Below, piece by piece: positions 34,597 to 39,327 of a stretch of DNA of 39,327 bases; within the stretch, counting starts at the first letter, position 1, and each line of letters opens with the position of its first letter. Both the position numbers and the translations under genes were made by a program. Source of the DNA: Dimargaris cristalligena (lineage: Eukaryota); the NCBI GenBank assembly GCA_003614675.1, contig ML002352.1, forward strand, positions 1-39,327, in the 5' to 3' direction. Below the pieces are notes generated by a model. The model did no database searches. It was not told the origin of the DNA and saw only the letters and a program-made list of their open reading frames with translations.

Positions 34597-37500
34597 ATGT
34601 AAGTCCAGACTATACTATATTACTGGGGCTTTTGTCTAGCCATTGTCACATTTTTATACCAGAAACTCCTCCTAAGCATGGCTGGACTCTAAGTATACCG
34701 CCGACTCTTTCTAATGCCACATCCCTATCTTGCGCACGTAATCTTGTCCCATCCAAAAGGTCTACCCGAATAATCGTTAAAAATGTACCCAAATACCTGA
34801 CCGACGATCGGTTTCGCCAGCATTTTGCGGCTAAAGAAGATGTCACTGATGCAAAGCTGATGCGTACCAAGTAAGTTGCTGCTAGTTTCTAGGTCATCCG
34901 TATTTTCTTTGTCACTGTGCGTTTTACACCAGCGGTCGGTCCGTTGGCCATTTTCAGATTTGGTCTTTGTGCCGATAGTTATGGTGCGTGAGTTCAATGA
35001 CGCCAAGCAACTGGTTCCCGAGATTGTATCTAACATCTTCCGTAACCCTGGTATATCCTTGCATTATGCTGTTTCCTTTTTATAGAGAGGGCAACTCCCG
35101 TATGTTTGGGTTTGTCGGTTTCCGCACCGACAAGGCTGCTCAGCTGGCCGTTCGCCACTTCAATGGCACCTATATCGATACAGCACTTATCTCGGTTGAG
35201 CTTGCCAAGTCCTTCAAGGACGAAACACTGGCCCGGCCCTGGAGTGCCCATTCTGAGGGATCGTCCGCATTCGAGCGCAGGCAACAGCAGACGACCGCCA
35301 AATCCAAAGGGACCAAGGGTGGTCACCAGTTCAATGTGATTGATATTAAAAAGCAAAACCAAACCGTCACCGAGGCTATCCCGAAAAAGAAGAAGCAGGT
35401 GAAATTACTTTACGAATCCACCCTGAACAACCCTAAATTCCAGGAATTCGCGCAGGTCATGGCCCCCCGCCACCAATCGAAAACGTGGGCGAACGACGAT
35501 TTACCCGGCACCCAAAATGACACCACCATAGCACCCTCGTTAAAGACGACCAAGGTCAAGGCCCAAGTGCACGCTGTTCCCAATAAGAAGCCCGGTGGCG
35601 CCGGTATGGTGGTCACCAAAACCCACGTTACGTTTGCCGACTCGGACGACGAATACGAGGATATGCCCAGCAAACCCACGGAAAAAGCGACCCCTGCATC
35701 CGCTGCTCCGAAGAAGGAGCAATCCGACGGTGAGTCGGACGAGAAAAACGAAGGGGAGGATGCCCCTACCGAGGCGCCCGAGCCAGCCATGTCGGATCTG
35801 GAGTGGATGCGCTCGAGGATGCGTAATACGGATTTGACTGATGTGGATCTGGATGCTGAGGCGGTAGCTGAGACCACCGGGGATAACCCCCACTCGGATT
35901 CGGCGTCATCGTCCGACGAGGAACCCATTGTAGATGCCGCAATTGACGAAGTGGTATCAGACACCAAGATGGCTAAGCCCACCATGCCCGCCCCGGAAAC
36001 CCCTCCAACCTTTGATAATCCCGGCAAAGTAGACACCAAGGCGGCCGATTACGACCCGCAGGAAATCATCATGGAGACGGGTCGGTTGTTCCTACGTAAC
36101 CTCCCCTACACCTGCACAGAGGAGGATTTGCGTAAAAGATTCGAAAAGTTTGGCCCTTTGGCTGAGGTCCACATGCCCATCGAGAGGGATACCAAGCAAC
36201 CCAAGGGCTACGCCTATATCCTCTTCGTTTTGCCCGAGCACGCGTGGGAGGCCTTCAGAGCCATGGACACCAAATTTTTCCAGGGTCGGCTGCTCCATGT
36301 CCTTCCCGCTAAGGAGAAATTCACCCCCAAGGAGTTCAACGCTCTGAACCCCACGCTGGGGGAGCCCCTAACGTCGGTGAAGAAACAGCGCGAACTTAAG
36401 AAGAAGGCCACGAGTAAACTCGATTTCAACTGGAACAGCCTGTACATGAGCCAAGACGCGGTCCTGGACTCCATCGCCGAGCGCTTAGAAGTCACCAAGG
36501 ACGAGATTCTGGATCCCAGTGCCAGCAACATGGCCGTCCGCATGGCCTTGGCCGAGACGCATATTTTGAACGAAACCAAGGCGTACCTGGAGGAACACGG
36601 CTTGGTTCTCGATTCGCTCGCCAAGAAGGAGCGCAGCGAAACCGTTATTCTCGTCAAGAATATACCCCATTCCACCACCGAGGAGGAACTTCGGGATATT
36701 TTCGGCAAACACGGCAATCTTGGTCGCATACTACTGCCTCCGGCCCGTACGATTGCCGTCGTGGAGTTTTTGGAGGCCAGTGAAGCCCGGTCAGCCTTCC
36801 GCTTCTTGGCCTACCGCCGCTTCAAAGACTCGGTCATTTACTTGGAAAAGGCCCCCGTGGGGCTGTTTAAGGACAAATACAACGCTAAAGTGCACAAGAA
36901 ACAAAAGGCCGCCTCTGCAACTGCTGCTTCCGCTACCGATTCCTCCCGATTAGACTCGTCGGCCACTACCAAATCCAAGGGCGTGGATGCTACTGCTACT
37001 GAGGCTAGCGACATTCAGGGCTCGGCCGATTCGAATGCCAGTGACCCGGTCCAGGGCGTTACGCTGTTCATTAAGAACCTCAGTTTCCTGACCCAGGATG
37101 CGGACTTCCAGGAATTGTGCGGCTCCATCCCGGGGCTGCGTTCGGCGGTGATCCGTATGAAACCCGATCCCAAGCACCCCGGCTCCCAGCTCTCGATGGG
37201 GTTCGGGTTTGCGGAATACCAGACCCCGCAGCTGGCCCAGCGGGCCATCCAGGCCCTCCAAGGTCGGGTCCTAGACGGCCACGCCCTGGAGGTTAAACTG
37301 ACCAACCACGTCACCGGTGACCAGTCCTCCTCGCGCCGGGCTAAACGGGCCGCGGCCGAATCGGCGACCCAGGGCCAAGGGTCTACCAAACTGGTCATTC
37401 GTAACGTGGCCTTCGAGGCCACCAAGAAGGAATTGCGGGAGCTCCTGAGTAATTACGGGCAGCTCAAGTCCATCCGCTTGCCCTCGAAGATGGACGGTAG

Positions 37501-37726
37501 TCACCGCGGTTTTGCTTTTGCCGAATTCCTGACCCTGCAGGAGGCCAAGCGGGTCAAGGATACCCTGAATCATACCCATTTATACGGTCGTCACTTGGTG
37601 ATTGAATTTGCTGAGAAGGATACCACGGACCTGGAGGAACTGCGGGCCCGGTCAACCAAGGACTACCGGGCGGCGGTGGAGGACAAACGTCACTCCAAAC
37701 GTATAAAATTGAACGATGAAGAATAA
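34597..37726 (+). CDS. MRD1: Multiple RNA-binding domain protein 1 (RBM19 orthologue), ~917 aa, join(34597..34598,34760..34870,35086..37726)
   Basis: The spliced N-terminus is [13 protein letters not shown]...[22 protein letters not shown]. Five RRMs, plus the KTWAND and [13 protein letters not shown] motifs. GTAAGT donors at 34599 and 34871. Confidence 0.95.
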
Positions 37727-38358
37727 AGAGAGTCTTCTTCAATTCCCTATTTATATATAACCCTAGATTCTGGGTCGGTTCTCTTTCTATAAAGTAGTTG
37801 AATGAACATTTTTAATAAAATTTGTATCCACTCAACCATGATATTGGCTATTGTGTAAATATAATCATTCCTCTCGGTGTGCTTTTATTGCCCCAGCAGC
37901 CAGAACTGGGGATAATTACGACCCTTTACTTCTGCAGTGAGCTCATGGGCTTTGTCCGGACTATGTAACTAGAGGATGCGATCAAGGAGCATGGTAGTAT
38001 GGACGGATTCGAGGTGTAATCAAAGTACGCCATCTTGATTTCAAGATCTAATCTCTCAGTGCTATAAACCTCATCGCTTCCAGTGGCCTTATAGTAGCAG
38101 ATTTTCCAGCCAAGTATTTTGAATTGTCAGTAGCAAAACTATCTATATTTTTGAACCACTTCTGGAGCTATATCTCTAATAGAGGCCAAAGGCAATCACG
38201 CATTGGTCATAATTGCAGTCCAAATGTTTATAGTACTAAGTTACATAATAATGGGAAAAAAAAATATTTGTTAGTCCTGTAGAGCCTGGTCTAGTTAACA
38301 ACTTATTTATTGTGTATTTAGATGATATATAGTATAGAATAATAATAAAATTACATAG

Positions 38359-38810
38359 TATTACACAGGTTAACTACTCTTTGTCCATTGAGAGTCCTGG
38401 GATAGGCTTCCAATAATAGGAATAACTTAGGCCTAGCCAAGCAGTTACTAGTATTAAGTATAAGGGTAAAGTACTAACTAATGGGGGCCAGAGGTAATAG
38501 ATATTTAAGAGATATACAGTAGGACACACTTACTAGTTAGTACAAGGGGGTGAGTGTTTATAAGAGTTTATTAGATAAATTAGAGGTAAGAATAAGCCAA
38601 GGTCCTAACAGGCCCCACTGGGGGTCTATTATATATATGTAGGGATGGCTCCCAAGGGAGGTTCCAAGAGTAATCCTACTAAGACTAAAGGGATAGGTAA
38701 ATAGGCTAGCTGGATGGCCACTAGTATCTAGAAGAGACTTTGGGGATTAATATATAAGTAATTAGTATGAAGGATAGAGCCTGGATGGGGGAAAGGTTAT
38801 ATATAATGTA
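38359..38810 (-). mobile_element. Degenerate family A LTR, copy 3 (partial, inverted)
   Basis: ggttaactactct...gagtcctgggataggcttc, gggggtgagtgt, agagtttatt and gtaagaataagc match the reverse complement of copies 1 and 2. Homology stops near 38810. Confidence 0.8.
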
Positions 38811-39327
38811 CAGTTATGACCAGTAAAAGTGAGACACCCAGTCTTAGTATAAAAATAAAAATATAAATATTTCAAAATGATGTATTGACTTGTATATAGT
38901 ACTGTCTATAGTAAAAATAATTACATTAGAAAGCCAGAGCAAAGTATAATACTTTTATTTAATATCAGGTTAAACTAACCTTAGCATCTAGTACAGCCTA
39001 CATTTTAATTAGTGTGCTCTCAAAATATGGTACCAGGTAGGTAATATCAATAACTTCCTACATTAAAGTAATAATGTATTTGGCTTCATCCTGGGGCTAG
39101 TGGTCTAGATCTTCTTAGCCAGGTCTATCCTTACCTGGACCCAGATAAACTTAATTAGACCTAAGTCAGGGCTTTGAGCAGGCTAATCTAAGACCATATA
39201 TTTCTTCTTATACAGGTGTAAAGAACTGAACTCAAATCCTTGAAAACTGAACTTTATTCAAAAAGATAGATAATAAAAAGGGAAAGGTGATGATAGACTT
39301 GCTGTTCCAAGAGGTGGCAGCAAGGGG
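38811..39327. mobile_element. Possible Tc1/mariner-like DNA transposon end and AT-rich, CpG-free debris
   Basis: TA|CAGTTATGACCAGTAAAAGTGAGACACCC begins exactly where the LTR homology stops and resembles Tc1-type TIRs. No partner TIR or transposase is visible in the window. Confidence 0.4.

Noticed and set aside
1-39327. CRISPR arrays, prokaryotic operons or defence systems, intact transposase or recombinase genes
   Set aside because: The sequence is eukaryotic with spliceosomal introns. No regularly spaced repeats or catalytic motifs were seen.

Overview
Eukaryotic, intron-containing fungal DNA. The divergent 5S rRNA and the gene set suggest an early-diverging fungus, but this is inference only. 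Conserved genes: ORM1/ORMDL (4 exons, minus), a Pho80/Pcl-type cyclin (minus), an uncharacterised multi-pass membrane protein with an HLHHW motif, tRNA-Lys(CUU), a TRAPPC11/Foie gras homologue, and MRD1 with an intron-split start codon. The most structured region is 1.3-7.5 kb. Two copies of a ~680-bp unit, each carrying an intact 5S rRNA gene, face each other as an inverted pair around a single orphan Ser/Pro-rich gene. Each arm was independently invaded by nested elements whose target-site duplications can be read by comparing the arms: a ~130-bp MITE-like family (4-bp TSD), a 589-bp solo LTR (5-bp TSD) and a probable second solo LTR family. These repeats and the transposon debris at the right end are almost devoid of CpG and show CpA>TpA changes, pointing to a repeat-directed mutation process. 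All alignments and coordinates were made by eye.
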